From: an uncultured delta proteobacterium
GTDB lineage: Bacteria; Desulfobacterota; BSN033; UBA1163
Direction: 5' to 3'
Assembly: GCA_963708295.1 (NCBI GenBank)
Contig: CAVPSJ010000004.1
Coordinates: 608,001 to 672,000, forward strand
Length of the DNA: 64,000 bases
In this document: positions 9,941 through 21,376 of the stretch, piece after piece
How the letters are laid out: each line of letters begins with the position of its first letter
Numbering within the stretch: the first letter of the stretch is position 1
The notes under the pieces: generated by a model
Databases searched by the model: none
Told to the model about the DNA's origin: nothing
Seen by the model: the letters and a program-made list of their open reading frames with translations, nothing else
Position numbers and translations under genes: made by a program

Positions 9941-11911
9941 TTAAACCAGGAACTCCCATGCAATCAGGAAGACGCAGAAAAGCCCGACGGCCAGCATTGC
10001 AAATCCCACCGTCGTTGAGAAGAGGTCTGTTCCCACACTGGGGTACTTATCCCGATAGGTCTCCAACGTCTTCTCCGCCAGCAGGCGATCATACTGTTCC
10101 TGCCTTTCCTCCACCAGTTCGTATTTCGGGAACCTTCCTGTAAAGATCACGGTATCGATCGGGAATTTCGAAGGTCGAAAATGGGTGTTGAAGAAATGGA
10201 CGGTGAAGATGAAGCCGGAAGCCAAAAGCGCCTCATCCGAGTGGACGATCGTGGCAATGTTGAGAATCCATCCGGGTAAAAAGATCGTGAAGAATTCTGG
10301 AAACCAGAGCATCAATCCCGAGAATCCGATAGCAAACATCCCCCAGAAGACGGCCAGAAAATCGAATTTCTCCCAATAGGTCCATCGGTCAAACCGGGGT
10401 TTCGGCCCTTTGTTAAAGAACCAGCGGATCATTCCGATGATGTCCTGAATGTCTTTCCAGCGAGGGCAGAGTGAATCCGGGCCGAAAAGCCTCTGCAATG
10501 GGTTGGGGTTTCCACGGATCTTCTTGAAGAAGAGGAAATAAAAGATGTAAGCGATGGTCGTTCCAAAGTAAGCAAAAGTGATGGCAGCACAGATGCGATG
10601 AATCAAGCCGGCCATCCGAGCCCCTCCTAGAAAATGCATCAGACCGCTGGCCCAGGGGGCATGAGCGAATTTCAGCGGGAGCCCGGTCAGGACAAGGCCA
10701 AGGAAAGTCACCATCATCGTGAAATGGAGGACGATTTCAAAAAAGCTAAATCGGCGATAGATATGACCTGCCTCATCCGGTCTCACATGGAGCGAAAAGA
10801 AGACTCCCTTGGCCCTCAACTCCCGCTTTTCCCAGAAGTCTTTCCGCCACCAGAGAAAAGTGTGAAACCAGAACACTCCAAAGACAGAAACAAGGAGGCT
10901 TGTCATCAGGACAAAGGTTCCGTAGAGCACCGGCTCTCTTTCCGGATCTTTATGGGTCGCATGGGCAATCCATTGCACGAAGTTGGCATTGGCCCCTGTG
11001 TGGCATTTGCCGCAGGTCTCCACGCGCCGCTTCTCCGAGATGAGGGATTTCGGGTTATTCGGAGGCAGAATGTTGTGAAACCCGTGGCAGTCAGCACAAC
11101 CTGCCACCAATCTGGGGTAGCCCAGATGCTCCACTTTTCCATGATAGCTTTCGTAATAGGTCTGGGTAGCGATGAGGAAAACCTTGTTTCTCTTCATCAT
11201 CTCTTTGTCCGCGTGACACTTCTGGCAGACTTCCGTATGGAATTCCTTCCGGAATTCCACCGCTTTGGGTTCATCCCCCTTTAACAAAGGAATCTTATGG
11301 AGGCCGTGGCAATCGCTGCAGGCGGCTGAATCCGGATTTCCGTCGACGACAGCTTGTCCGTGAACGCTTTGAGAATAGCCATCATCCGAGTGGCAGGTCG
11401 TACATGTCTGGATCACTCGAACTTTGTCCCCCTTCCACGGGGTCAATTCATGGATGTCTTTATGGCAGTCTTTGCATTGAATGTCGTTGATGAAATGGGC
11501 GCTTGCATAATGTTCCACCCCTTCTCTTTTATGACATCGATGACAACTCACAGGTTCAGTATGGATTCTTCCCCCTTTCGCCTTCCCATGGGCTTTGACA
11601 TCCGTGATATCATAGTGGCAGCTGTTACAGGAGTTGGCCCCATGAACGGACTGGGCAAATTTCCTCTCGCTGATTTTACTGTGACAGCCCAAACATTCAG
11701 AATTGTCAATGCACTCGTAGCAATACTCCCGGCCCTTCGCGACAAACTTCTCCGCTTTCTTAGGCGGCTCAGAGGGTTTGGTCACCCCTGGGGGCTTAAC
11801 ACTCTCTTTATCGGGAGCAGGCGATGCCGCCCACGACACCCCGAAGCTCCAAAGGAACGAGGCAGAGAGAACGAGACAAACAAGGATTGATTTATTAACT
11901 TTGGATTCCAT
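9941..11911 (-). CDS. Nonaheme cytochrome c fused to a b-type cytochrome membrane domain (CbcL-like quinol:cytochrome c oxidoreductase)
   Basis: 9 CxxCH; C-terminal TM domain with LHFTMM, IHRICA, YWEKFDFLAVFWG, IVHSDEALLA..FIFTVHFFNTH. Confidence 0.85.
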   Translation of the reverse strand: MESKVNKSILVCLVLSASFLWSFGVSWAASPAPDKESVKPPGVTKPSEPPKKAEKFVAKGREYCYECIDNSECLGCHSKISERKFAQSVHGANSCNSCHYDITDVKAHGKAKGGRIHTEPVSCHRCHKREGVEHYASAHFINDIQCKDCHKDIHELTPWKGDKVRVIQTCTTCHSDDGYSQSVHGQAVVDGNPDSAACSDCHGLHKIPLLKGDEPKAVEFRKEFHTEVCQKCHADKEMMKRNKVFLIATQTYYESYHGKVEHLGYPRLVAGCADCHGFHNILPPNNPKSLISEKRRVETCGKCHTGANANFVQWIAHATHKDPEREPVLYGTFVLMTSLLVSVFGVFWFHTFLWWRKDFWEKRELRAKGVFFSLHVRPDEAGHIYRRFSFFEIVLHFTMMVTFLGLVLTGLPLKFAHAPWASGLMHFLGGARMAGLIHRICAAITFAYFGTTIAYIFYFLFFKKIRGNPNPLQRLFGPDSLCPRWKDIQDIIGMIRWFFNKGPKPRFDRWTYWEKFDFLAVFWGMFAIGFSGLMLWFPEFFTIFLPGWILNIATIVHSDEALLASGFIFTVHFFNTHFRPSKFPIDTVIFTGRFPKYELVEERQEQYDRLLAEKTLETYRDKYPSVGTDLFSTTVGFAMLAVGLFCVFLIAWEFLV

Positions 11912-12024
11912 TAGCCCCCCAGAAACAGAAAGCCGAATCACCCGGCCCTTCAAGTAAGTACGAGGGTTATTCCGGCGAGACTCAAAGAAAATTCAATTTT
12001 TTTTGGATTCTAAACGAGGGTAAA

Positions 12025-12044
12025 TTGTGATTTTTCTAACACAA
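12025..12044. promoter_or_regulatory. Possible degenerate Rex operator upstream of the CbcL-like gene
   Basis: TTGTGATTTTTCTAACACAA: one strong half-site and one weak half-site. Confidence 0.35.
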
Positions 12045-12076
12045 TGAAAAATCTAAGTCAATAACATTCTGATTTT

Positions 12077-12318
12077 GGTAGTGGGTCAGTTTGGGTCGCG
12101 AATGCCCATACGGAGCCGAGGGGGGTCTGGTCCCCCGGAGCGGTTCAGGGGCGCTTCCTTCTTTGTTGAAAGACTTCTCACATCCTAAGTCATGAGATCG
12201 TCAGTGGAATGCACGAAGGACCATCCCCCGGACCTATGAATACAACCGCCCTTCTGAAACGCGTGGAGGAATAGGCCACCCTAGGCTCCTTTCTGCGGGC
12301 GGAAACTGACCCACTACC
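12077..12318. mobile_element. 242-bp MITE with 16-bp perfect terminal inverted repeats and 8-bp target site duplication
   Basis: GGTAGTGGGTCAGTTT (12077-12092) / AAACTGACCCACTACC (12303-12318); CTGATTTT at 12069-12076 and 12319-12326. Confidence 0.9.
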
Positions 12319-12362
12319 CTGATTTTACTCTAGCGATGGATGAGGTTTGAATGGCTGTCACG

Positions 12363-13190
12363 TTACTTGACTCTTGGATTAAAACCAACCAGGGTTAACC
12401 AGTTTTTCTCTTGTAACCTCTCAACGATTTCAACAGGTTTTGGGATCAGCCGTCTCTCCATTTCTTCCGCATCTTTTTCAAAGATTCCTGAAAGAATGAA
12501 CCACCGTTTCTCGAAGAAGGCCCTTTTCTCGAGCAGGGACTCGATCACCTGAAGATGAATGTTCGCACAAACTAAATCTGCTTCTTCTTCTATAAAATCC
12601 TCCGCTTTTCCGAATCTCACTTCAATCCGTCGAGATTCTTCGTTGGACACCACATTTCGCAAGGCTGTCTCTGCGGCCAGTTCGTTGCAGTCAACGGCAA
12701 GCACCTTTTCGGCTCCCCATTTCGCAGCGGCCAGCGCAAGGATCCCCGAGCCTGTTCCCAGGTCGAGAACTCTTCTCGGCCTCTCCTTTTGATAAATTCC
12801 CCAAAGGGCTTTAAGGCAGGTTCGGGTCGTTGGATGATAACCCGTACCAAAGACGACGTTAGGATCTAAATGAACCAGGACCTCCCCTTCCTCGACCTTC
12901 GCATCTTCCCAGGGGGGAGAGATGATCAGATTGCCCGCCTTAAAAGGTTTCAATTCTTCACCGGCCTGCCAGGCCTTATAGTCCAGTACATTTCTGGAGA
13001 TAAGTGGGACTCCCCTCTTTTCCCTAAATAAATCCACTTCTTCATCGTGAGGCTGAGAAAAAAAGAGGAAGGAGGTCTCTCCTTCGTTCCAGCAGCCGAG
13101 GAAATCTTCCTTAAAAAACTTTTTTGAATCTGAGATCGCCCCGGAGATCTCGTAAATATAAAGGTTTTGGTAGGGAATCATCTTCTTCAT
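12363..13190 (-). CDS. prmA: PrmA-like SAM-dependent methyltransferase (ribosomal protein L11 methyltransferase family)
   Basis: ISPPWE, LDPNVVFGTGYHPTT, VLDLGTGSGILA, LVCANI, ILSGI. Confidence 0.7.
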   Translation of the reverse strand: MKKMIPYQNLYIYEISGAISDSKKFFKEDFLGCWNEGETSFLFFSQPHDEEVDLFREKRGVPLISRNVLDYKAWQAGEELKPFKAGNLIISPPWEDAKVEEGEVLVHLDPNVVFGTGYHPTTRTCLKALWGIYQKERPRRVLDLGTGSGILALAAAKWGAEKVLAVDCNELAAETALRNVVSNEESRRIEVRFGKAEDFIEEEADLVCANIHLQVIESLLEKRAFFEKRWFILSGIFEKDAEEMERRLIPKPVEIVERLQEKNWLTLVGFNPRVK

Positions 13191-13363
13191 TTATACCATA
13201 GGTCTTTCTCGCTTGACAATTTTGGAAGAAATATTAATTTATATTTTGAGTTTGTGGCAGATTTTGTTAAAGTCTTGTTAGCTTGTTAGATTCGGACACG
13301 GACCGTGCTTGCGCGCCGAAGCGCTATAACGAACTGGCACGGACACGAGACAGGGTTTCAATT

Positions 13364-13708
13364 ATGCCAACCTACGCGTACAGAGCGATTAATTCAGAAA
13401 AAAGCTGCCCTTATTGCAGGCCGGGTTTTGAGGTCATCCAGAGGATGACCGAGTCGGCCCTCACCGTCTGCCCCCGATGTAAGAATCCCATCTCCCGGGT
13501 CCTTTTCGCCCCCACCGTCGTCATCAAAGGACATCCACTCGCAGAGACGGATCGGAAGATCAAGGATTATGAAAAAGAGGGAAAATGGAGCCATGCCGCT
13601 GAGTTAGCGGATAAGGAAGCGGAGAAAACGAAGCGAGAGGATTTAAAGACCCGTGCCTTGGAGGATTACAAGAAAGCGGGTTATAATTTTGATAAATACG
13701 ATACCTAA
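13364..13708 (+). CDS. FmdB-family zinc-ribbon protein
   Basis: MPTYAY...CPYC...FEVIQRM...CPRC. Confidence 0.75.
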   Translation: MPTYAYRAINSEKSCPYCRPGFEVIQRMTESALTVCPRCKNPISRVLFAPTVVIKGHPLAETDRKIKDYEKEGKWSHAAELADKEAEKTKREDLKTRALEDYKKAGYNFDKYDT

Positions 13709-13804
13709 ACCGCAACCCGAGCGTAATGCGAAGCTCCTCGCCTGTCCCGTCTTGTCGGGGTGGGCGGGGAGTTTCACATTTGGCATGGAAGGTTTAAAAC
13801 AAGA

Positions 13805-15811
13805 ATGATCACACTCAATCACGTTCAGAAACAGTTTGGAGGCAAGGTCCTTTTCAGGGACTGCTCGCTTCAGATTGGGGTGAGGGACCGGGTTGGCCTG
13901 ATCGGTCCGAATGGCGCCGGGAAGACATCTCTTTTCAGAATGATCCTGGGAGAGGAATCCATTGACGAAGGAGACATCCTCATCGCCAAAGGGGTAAAGA
14001 TAGGCTATCTCCCCCAGGAGGTTATTTCCTTCAAGGGCAACACGGTTCTGGATGAGGTTTTGAAAAGCCTGACCAGCATTACATCCCTCCAAGATAAGAT
14101 GAAGATTTTGGAAGAGGAACTTTCATCCATGGAGGATCCGAAGGAACAGGAGAGGCTGGCAAAGGAATATGGAAAACTTCAGGAGCGGTATACGCTCCTC
14201 GGGGGATACGGCCTGGAGGCTGAGGCAAAACGTATCCTTCAGGGATTGGGGTTTAAAGAAAGGGACTTCGATAGGCTCACCGACGAGCTCAGCGGCGGCT
14301 GGCGGATGCGAATTGCCCTGGCAAAAATCCTTCTTCAATCCCCCGACCTTCTTCTTCTCGACGAGCCGACCAACCACCTGGATCTGATCTCCCTGATCTG
14401 GCTGGAGGAATTCTTGATCAATTATCCGGGCGCCATGGTCATCGTCTCGCACGATCGAGTCTTCCTCAATCACCTGATCGGCTGGATTGCGGAGATTGAG
14501 GCTCAAAGGATCGACCTCTATTACGGTGACTATGACCACTATTTGGAGGAAAAGGAAGCCCGAAAGCAAATCCTCGAGGCGACTTATAAGACTCAGCAGA
14601 GAAAAATCGAGCAGACCGAAAGATTTATCGAGCGATTCCGGGCCAAAAACACCAAATCAAGCCAGGTACAAAGTCGAATCAAGATGCTGGAAAAAATCGA
14701 TCGGGTTGAACTTCCGGAGACAAAGAAGGACATTCGATTTCACTTCCCTGCCCCCAAACGGAGCGGCCACAAGGTTGCGGAGGTCAAAAATCTTTACAAA
14801 AGCTATGGCGGGACGGCGGTTTATCAAGGGATCAGTCTCCATCTCTACCGGGGAGAAAAAGTGGCTTTGGTGGGCCCCAACGGGGCGGGAAAGTCTACCC
14901 TTCTTAAGATTCTCGCCGGAGTCCTCGATTTTGAAAAAGGGGAGGTCATTTTTGGAAAGGATGTGACCCGTGCTTACTTTGCCCAGCACCAGTTTGATCT
15001 CCTTTGTCCGGAAAACACGGTTTTGGGAGAGCTCCTTTCCGTTGCCACCGATGAGAGCCAGACAGAGCTGCGAACCATCCTGGGGACTTTTCTTTTTAGC
15101 GGAGATGACATCGAGAAGAGAGTCTCCGTGTTGAGCGGTGGAGAGAAGAGCCGCCTGGTTTTGGCAAAGATGCTTCTCCGGCCCGCCAATTTTCTTCTTC
15201 TCGACGAGCCGACCAGTCATCTCGACATTTCCTCTCGAAATGTATTGGAGATGGCCCTGCAGCAGTTTCAGGGGACGATCTGCCTCATCACTCACGACCG
15301 TCACCTGATCAATCAGATTGCTAATAAAGTAGTCGAAATCGATCAAGGGATCCCCCATCTCTATCCGGGAAACTACGATTATTATCTCTACAAGAAACAG
15401 CAGATTGAAAAGGGGGAAGTCCAGAAAGAAACGGGGGCGGTTGTCGGAACGACGCTCGTGCCCACTCATCCATTGCCTCTGCAAAAAAAGAAACCCTCGT
15501 ACAAAGCGAAGGAAGAGAGGCGAAAAAGGGCTCAGGAAATGGATCAATTCAAAAGGCAGCTTTCCAGTCTCGAAAAGCGAGTGCAGGAAGTGGAAAAATC
15601 CCTACAGGAGGCCACCCAGAAACTGGATCATCTGAATCAAAAACTTTCTGACCCCAATCTGTACTTGAATCAGCAAGAGACTTACGAGACCGTTCAGACT
15701 CATCAGCAAGTCAAAGAACAGGTGAGAGAGCTTACCCAGCTCTGGGAATTCCTCGCCCTGGAGCTCGAAGAGCTCAAAATGACAAGCCTCGTGTCAAGCG
15801 CCGAAGACTAA
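13805..15811 (+). CDS. ABC-F family ATP-binding protein
   Basis: Two ABC domains (GPNGAGKT/LSGGW/LLLDEPTNHLD; GPNGAGKS/LSGGE/DEPTSHLD), no TM segments, C-terminal coiled coil. Confidence 0.92.
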   Translation: MITLNHVQKQFGGKVLFRDCSLQIGVRDRVGLIGPNGAGKTSLFRMILGEESIDEGDILIAKGVKIGYLPQEVISFKGNTVLDEVLKSLTSITSLQDKMKILEEELSSMEDPKEQERLAKEYGKLQERYTLLGGYGLEAEAKRILQGLGFKERDFDRLTDELSGGWRMRIALAKILLQSPDLLLLDEPTNHLDLISLIWLEEFLINYPGAMVIVSHDRVFLNHLIGWIAEIEAQRIDLYYGDYDHYLEEKEARKQILEATYKTQQRKIEQTERFIERFRAKNTKSSQVQSRIKMLEKIDRVELPETKKDIRFHFPAPKRSGHKVAEVKNLYKSYGGTAVYQGISLHLYRGEKVALVGPNGAGKSTLLKILAGVLDFEKGEVIFGKDVTRAYFAQHQFDLLCPENTVLGELLSVATDESQTELRTILGTFLFSGDDIEKRVSVLSGGEKSRLVLAKMLLRPANFLLLDEPTSHLDISSRNVLEMALQQFQGTICLITHDRHLINQIANKVVEIDQGIPHLYPGNYDYYLYKKQQIEKGEVQKETGAVVGTTLVPTHPLPLQKKKPSYKAKEERRKRAQEMDQFKRQLSSLEKRVQEVEKSLQEATQKLDHLNQKLSDPNLYLNQQETYETVQTHQQVKEQVRELTQLWEFLALELEELKMTSLVSSAED

Positions 15812-15980
15812 CTTCCTGACAATCCCGCCCAGCCACGACCCGCCATCAAAATCCCGGAAATGTCATTTCTCTAAGAACACGGGAAAAGCCTACAGCCTCT
15901 GCAGGAAAAACCTTACACTGTTAAGAGTGTTAATTTTCCCTTTCTTAAATGATTTCAATTCATTAGGTTTAGAAAAACCG

Positions 15981-15998
15981 TTGGTATAAAAAGTGCAT
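15981..15998 (+). promoter_or_regulatory. Sigma54 (-24/-12) promoter for the downstream cytochrome c
   Basis: TTGGTATAAAAAGTGCAT, GG-N10-GC. Confidence 0.65.
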
Positions 15999-16065
15999 TT
16001 AGCTCTCCTCCTAAGAGAAATGATGCGCGCGTCATAACGTAGTCAATCGAAGGAGGAGGCATGTT

Positions 16066-17241
16066 ATGAAAAGAGACATCATCAAAAAAGGGATGTTTAT
16101 TATTCTTCTCCTCTTATCAGGCTCATTGGCCATCGCCGACACCTTTCCTGAAGATCCATCAAGAGGGAAGCAGCTTTTTGTAAAAAAAGGGTGTGTGAAA
16201 TGTCATGACGTGGAAGGGCGGGGAAGCAAAATCGGCCCTGATCTCGTTACGAAAGACATGGGCGGCACGCCCTTGGATCTGGCTGCAAGACTATGGAACC
16301 ATACGCCTTCCATGGTCTTGGGCATGGCGGGGACAAGCATGGTCAAACCTGCCTTGACGGGGCAGGAATTTAACGACCTTTCGGTTTACCTCTACCTCCT
16401 CAGATTCTCCGACGGGCCGGGGAATCCGGTGCGGGGAAGATCCATATTTACCGAAAAAGGTTGTCATTTGTGCCATCCTTTTGCAGGTAAAGGGAAACAG
16501 GATCAAATCGGATTCGACGAATTCCCGCGGAATATTTCTCCAATCTTCCTAAGCAAGGGGATCTGGAACCACAGTTTAGACATGATCGCCCGCATGGCTC
16601 AAATCGGAATGAAGTGGCCTAAGTTTAGAGAAACAGAGATGATCGACCTCTTAGCATACATTAAGGCCAAGGCAAAAGGAGCCGACGATCCATCTTTCTT
16701 TAAACCCGGCAACCCGAAAGAGGGAAAACAGCTCTTCAATGCAAAGGGGTGTGATAAATGCCATACCATCCGAGGCGAGGGGGGAGAGGGAGGAGTGGAC
16801 CTCGGCAGAGAGGCTCAAACTTTCCGCACCTCATTCACCGAGATCGCGTCGAGTATGTGGAATAAGGGGCCTGCGATTTTGGCCAAGATGGCTCAGGCGC
16901 AGTCGGGCATTCCCAAGCTGACCTCGAAAGAGACGGCAGACCTTTTCTCTTTTCTTTACTTCATCCCTTTCACCGACGAGCCGGGGAATATCACGAACGG
17001 AAAAATATTATTTTCGGAAATGAAATGTGCACAATGTCATGGGCAAGACCGGATGCGCCGCAAACTGTTATACATCGACCAGTCCAAATATCAGGCCACG
17101 TCCAAAACCAACCTCGTCGCCAGTATCTGGAATCACCGGCTGGTCATCATGAACGCCGCCAACGAAGAACAACTTCCATGGCCGCTCATGGACAATAGAG
17201 AGATGGCAGACCTCGTCGAATTTATTCTCGCTCCCCAATGA
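16066..17241 (+). CDS. Periplasmic c-type cytochrome with four widely spaced CxxCH (tandem class I-like domains)
   Basis: Signal peptide; repeated G..LF..KGC..CH units (CVKCH, CHLCH, CDKCH, CAQCH) with WNH/WNK motifs. Confidence 0.8.
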   Translation: MKRDIIKKGMFIILLLLSGSLAIADTFPEDPSRGKQLFVKKGCVKCHDVEGRGSKIGPDLVTKDMGGTPLDLAARLWNHTPSMVLGMAGTSMVKPALTGQEFNDLSVYLYLLRFSDGPGNPVRGRSIFTEKGCHLCHPFAGKGKQDQIGFDEFPRNISPIFLSKGIWNHSLDMIARMAQIGMKWPKFRETEMIDLLAYIKAKAKGADDPSFFKPGNPKEGKQLFNAKGCDKCHTIRGEGGEGGVDLGREAQTFRTSFTEIASSMWNKGPAILAKMAQAQSGIPKLTSKETADLFSFLYFIPFTDEPGNITNGKILFSEMKCAQCHGQDRMRRKLLYIDQSKYQATSKTNLVASIWNHRLVIMNAANEEQLPWPLMDNREMADLVEFILAPQ

Positions 17242-17274
17242 GGACCGGAATAGGATACCGATACAACGGTAACA

Positions 17275-19002
17275 TCATTTTCTGATCAGAAGTCCTTTCG
17301 CGAATCGGGGGTCGACCTTTTCGCCCGGAGGGACTTTTCCATACTGCACTTGAAATAGGTCAAGACAGAAATCCTGAAAAGCGAGAAGATGTTGCCGCTT
17401 CAGCTCCTCGCCTTCGACCGAACGAAGCCAGTCTCGCAATCCGTTTTTGACCTCCACCTGGATCACCCCCTTTCCCTGGGTATCTCTATCAAAAACCCGA
17501 GAGAGAAAATCTTTCACCTGGGCCTGTCCGATCGCTTCAAATTGAAACCTTCCTTTGAGAATTTGGTTCGCCAGAGAGGTGAGAAAGATCGTAGACAGGG
17601 TCATCTCCCGCCAATCATCGGGATAGCAACCGCTCAAATCCATTTCCTTCAAATAAAGAGGAGAAACTTTCAATTCATCTCCCAGAAAAGTGATCACGGT
17701 CTTGATCCATTCCAAAAAATCATCCGCTTCCTTTAAATCCTGCGGATTCTTGAAATCCTCATAAACCCAATTTCGATAGAGGGTGGGCCTTCTTCTCAAA
17801 ATCCCCTCAAATTTTTCGAAGTGAGGAGGATCCAACAATACCAGATTCTCCTGTTCATTCGAAAACCATGGCCCCTTTAAAAGGGCCTCTGCCTTTCTTC
17901 TCAGGAGCAGGGTGGTGCTCACCCCGTATTGAAATAGCTTTTGCACGGGAAGCGATGGAAGGATCTCGAGGGCCCTGATTTCGTCATCCTTGCTCAAGTA
18001 TTGAAGGCCAAGATTGAGAGCGTGATAGACCTTTTTTACCACCCTCTCCATGGCGGCAATATTGGAAAGGTCTATTGCCTCTGCCACGATGGCCTTATTA
18101 CACAGAGCGGCTATTTCTTGCTTGAGTCTATGTTGCTGTTGAGAACCGTCGATTTTAGAAAGGATGGAGGAAAAAAAAGGGCCTTCCTCTTGATGGGCGA
18201 GATAGAAGATTGATGAGCTGCCTTTCGCCTTCTCTTCCTGAGCCGCGGGCTCAAGAGGCCTTCCTCCTGAAATGGGAGAATCCGGGTTGATAAAATGGTA
18301 GATTTCTAAAGACTCTTCAAAATCGGGGAATCCATAGTCGCTCAGGCGGCTGTTTCGCAAGCGGTATCCTGTCTCTTCAAGCTCTGATTCGAATTCCACA
18401 ATGAGAGAATCCATCAATCTCTGATAACTGTTTTTGTCCGCCCGGTAAAGAATTTGCAGAAAGGGTTCGAAAACCTCTCGGGTCCTTTGCCCTCTGAAAT
18501 GAACGAAGTGGTACTGATCTAAAGTAAAGAGAGCGATTCTGTCCATCTCTTCGACGTGTTCTCCGTCGATCGCGGTGGCATGAATGAACTTTTTCAGAAG
18601 AAGGGCAATGAACTCAATATCGGTAGATTGAATGAATTGGGTGACTTTCTTTTCGCCCGATTCAAGGAGAATCTCCATCCAGTGAAGGACCTTCTCCGGG
18701 TCTAATTGATCCCTTTTCCAGAAATCGAGGTCGAGAAGAAATTGGAATTGTTCGGAAGTGGTGAGTGAGATCAAATCGAGACAATCCTTCTCTCCCGCTT
18801 CCTTTACGGTTAGGAAGACTTCTAATTCGGGGAGTTCTTGAACCAGCTGTTCCGGATGTTCGGAAAGGAATAAATACTGAATTCGGTCTTTGCCATGAGC
18901 CTGCAGGACCATGTCGAGCTGTTTTTCTACGGAGAGAGAATTGAAGACCCTTTGGGCTTCCTTGGTGTCCTCGGGTAAAGTCGCAGGCAGGTCGCTAGTC
19001 AT
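17275..19002 (-). CDS. Conserved hypothetical protein (DUF6178-like)
   Basis: LLDLDFWKRD, RNSRLSDYGFPDFEE, LNLGLQYL; 575-aa ORF. Confidence 0.6.
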   Translation of the reverse strand: MTSDLPATLPEDTKEAQRVFNSLSVEKQLDMVLQAHGKDRIQYLFLSEHPEQLVQELPELEVFLTVKEAGEKDCLDLISLTTSEQFQFLLDLDFWKRDQLDPEKVLHWMEILLESGEKKVTQFIQSTDIEFIALLLKKFIHATAIDGEHVEEMDRIALFTLDQYHFVHFRGQRTREVFEPFLQILYRADKNSYQRLMDSLIVEFESELEETGYRLRNSRLSDYGFPDFEESLEIYHFINPDSPISGGRPLEPAAQEEKAKGSSSIFYLAHQEEGPFFSSILSKIDGSQQQHRLKQEIAALCNKAIVAEAIDLSNIAAMERVVKKVYHALNLGLQYLSKDDEIRALEILPSLPVQKLFQYGVSTTLLLRRKAEALLKGPWFSNEQENLVLLDPPHFEKFEGILRRRPTLYRNWVYEDFKNPQDLKEADDFLEWIKTVITFLGDELKVSPLYLKEMDLSGCYPDDWREMTLSTIFLTSLANQILKGRFQFEAIGQAQVKDFLSRVFDRDTQGKGVIQVEVKNGLRDWLRSVEGEELKRQHLLAFQDFCLDLFQVQYGKVPPGEKVDPRFAKGLLIRK

Positions 19003-19074
19003 CGCGGAATCCCCCTCCCTTTCCCTGTGCCCGCAAGCAGGCGCAGGGAAACGGGAGTGAGTGACGGGTCTTCG

Positions 19075-20691
<1,617 letters not shown>

Positions 20692-20761
20692 CTAACTCCT
20701 CCTTTCCAGACATTCATTCATTATCCGATATTCATTATCCCCCTATATTCATTATCCATCA

Positions 20762-21055
20762 TTATCCAATGATGGCGAGGATATCCTCCTCTTTCATCAT
20801 GAGATATTCTTCCCCATCCATCTTGATCTCAGTTCCTCCATATTTTGTAAAGAGGACCCGGTCACCTTTCTTGATTTCAAGGGGCGCCTTGGTTCCATCC
20901 TTCTTGATCCTCCCTGCTCCGACGGCGATCACCTTTCCTTCAATTGGTTTTTCCTTCGCCGTATCAGGGATAATGATTCCTCCTTTTGTTTTCTCTTCCT
21001 CCTCCAATCTCTGAACGATAATTCTGTCATGAAGCGGCCTCACCTTCATAAGCAC
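20762..21055 (-). CDS. groS: Co-chaperonin GroES
   Basis: [30 protein letters not shown]. Confidence 0.98.
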   Translation of the reverse strand: MLMKVRPLHDRIIVQRLEEEEKTKGGIIIPDTAKEKPIEGKVIAVGAGRIKKDGTKAPLEIKKGDRVLFTKYGGTEIKMDGEEYLMMKEEDILAIIG

Positions 21056-21180
21056 AAACCTCCCTTCTCTAAGGTGCTGAATAGATAATCATCGCACCTT
21101 CAATTGTCAAGTTTTGCATCTCTAATCAGGGAGTTATTAAGTTTTCCCAATTTGTCCGCTGCGGGCAGACGAAATCCTTT

Positions 21181-21208
21181 GTAGGGAACGCATATATGCG
21201 TTCCCTAC
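21181..21208. repeat. GTAG-type REP palindrome
   Basis: GTAGGGAACGCATATATGCGTTCCCTAC, perfect palindrome. Confidence 0.7.
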
Positions 21209-21376
21209 TTTGTCAGACCATCAAATTTGTGAGATGGCTGGGTGGCGTCGCGACGAATAAGGAGCGACTCATTGCCACGTCCCCGAAGGGGGCCGGATAG
21301 CGCCGCAGATGCGCGTTTCTCAACAGCCTGCGCAAATGCTCTTGACTTTTTATATAGAATGGCCTTATGAAAAGCC

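Noticed and set aside
15435-15480. Possible REP-derived insert in the ABC-F linker (GAVVGTTLVPTHPL)
   Set aside because: Too degenerate to show a palindrome; cannot be supported without an alignment
21056-21130. CIRCE element upstream of groES
   Set aside because: Only an AAGGTGC...GCACCTT inverted repeat is present; it does not match TTAGCACTC-N9-GAGTGCTAA
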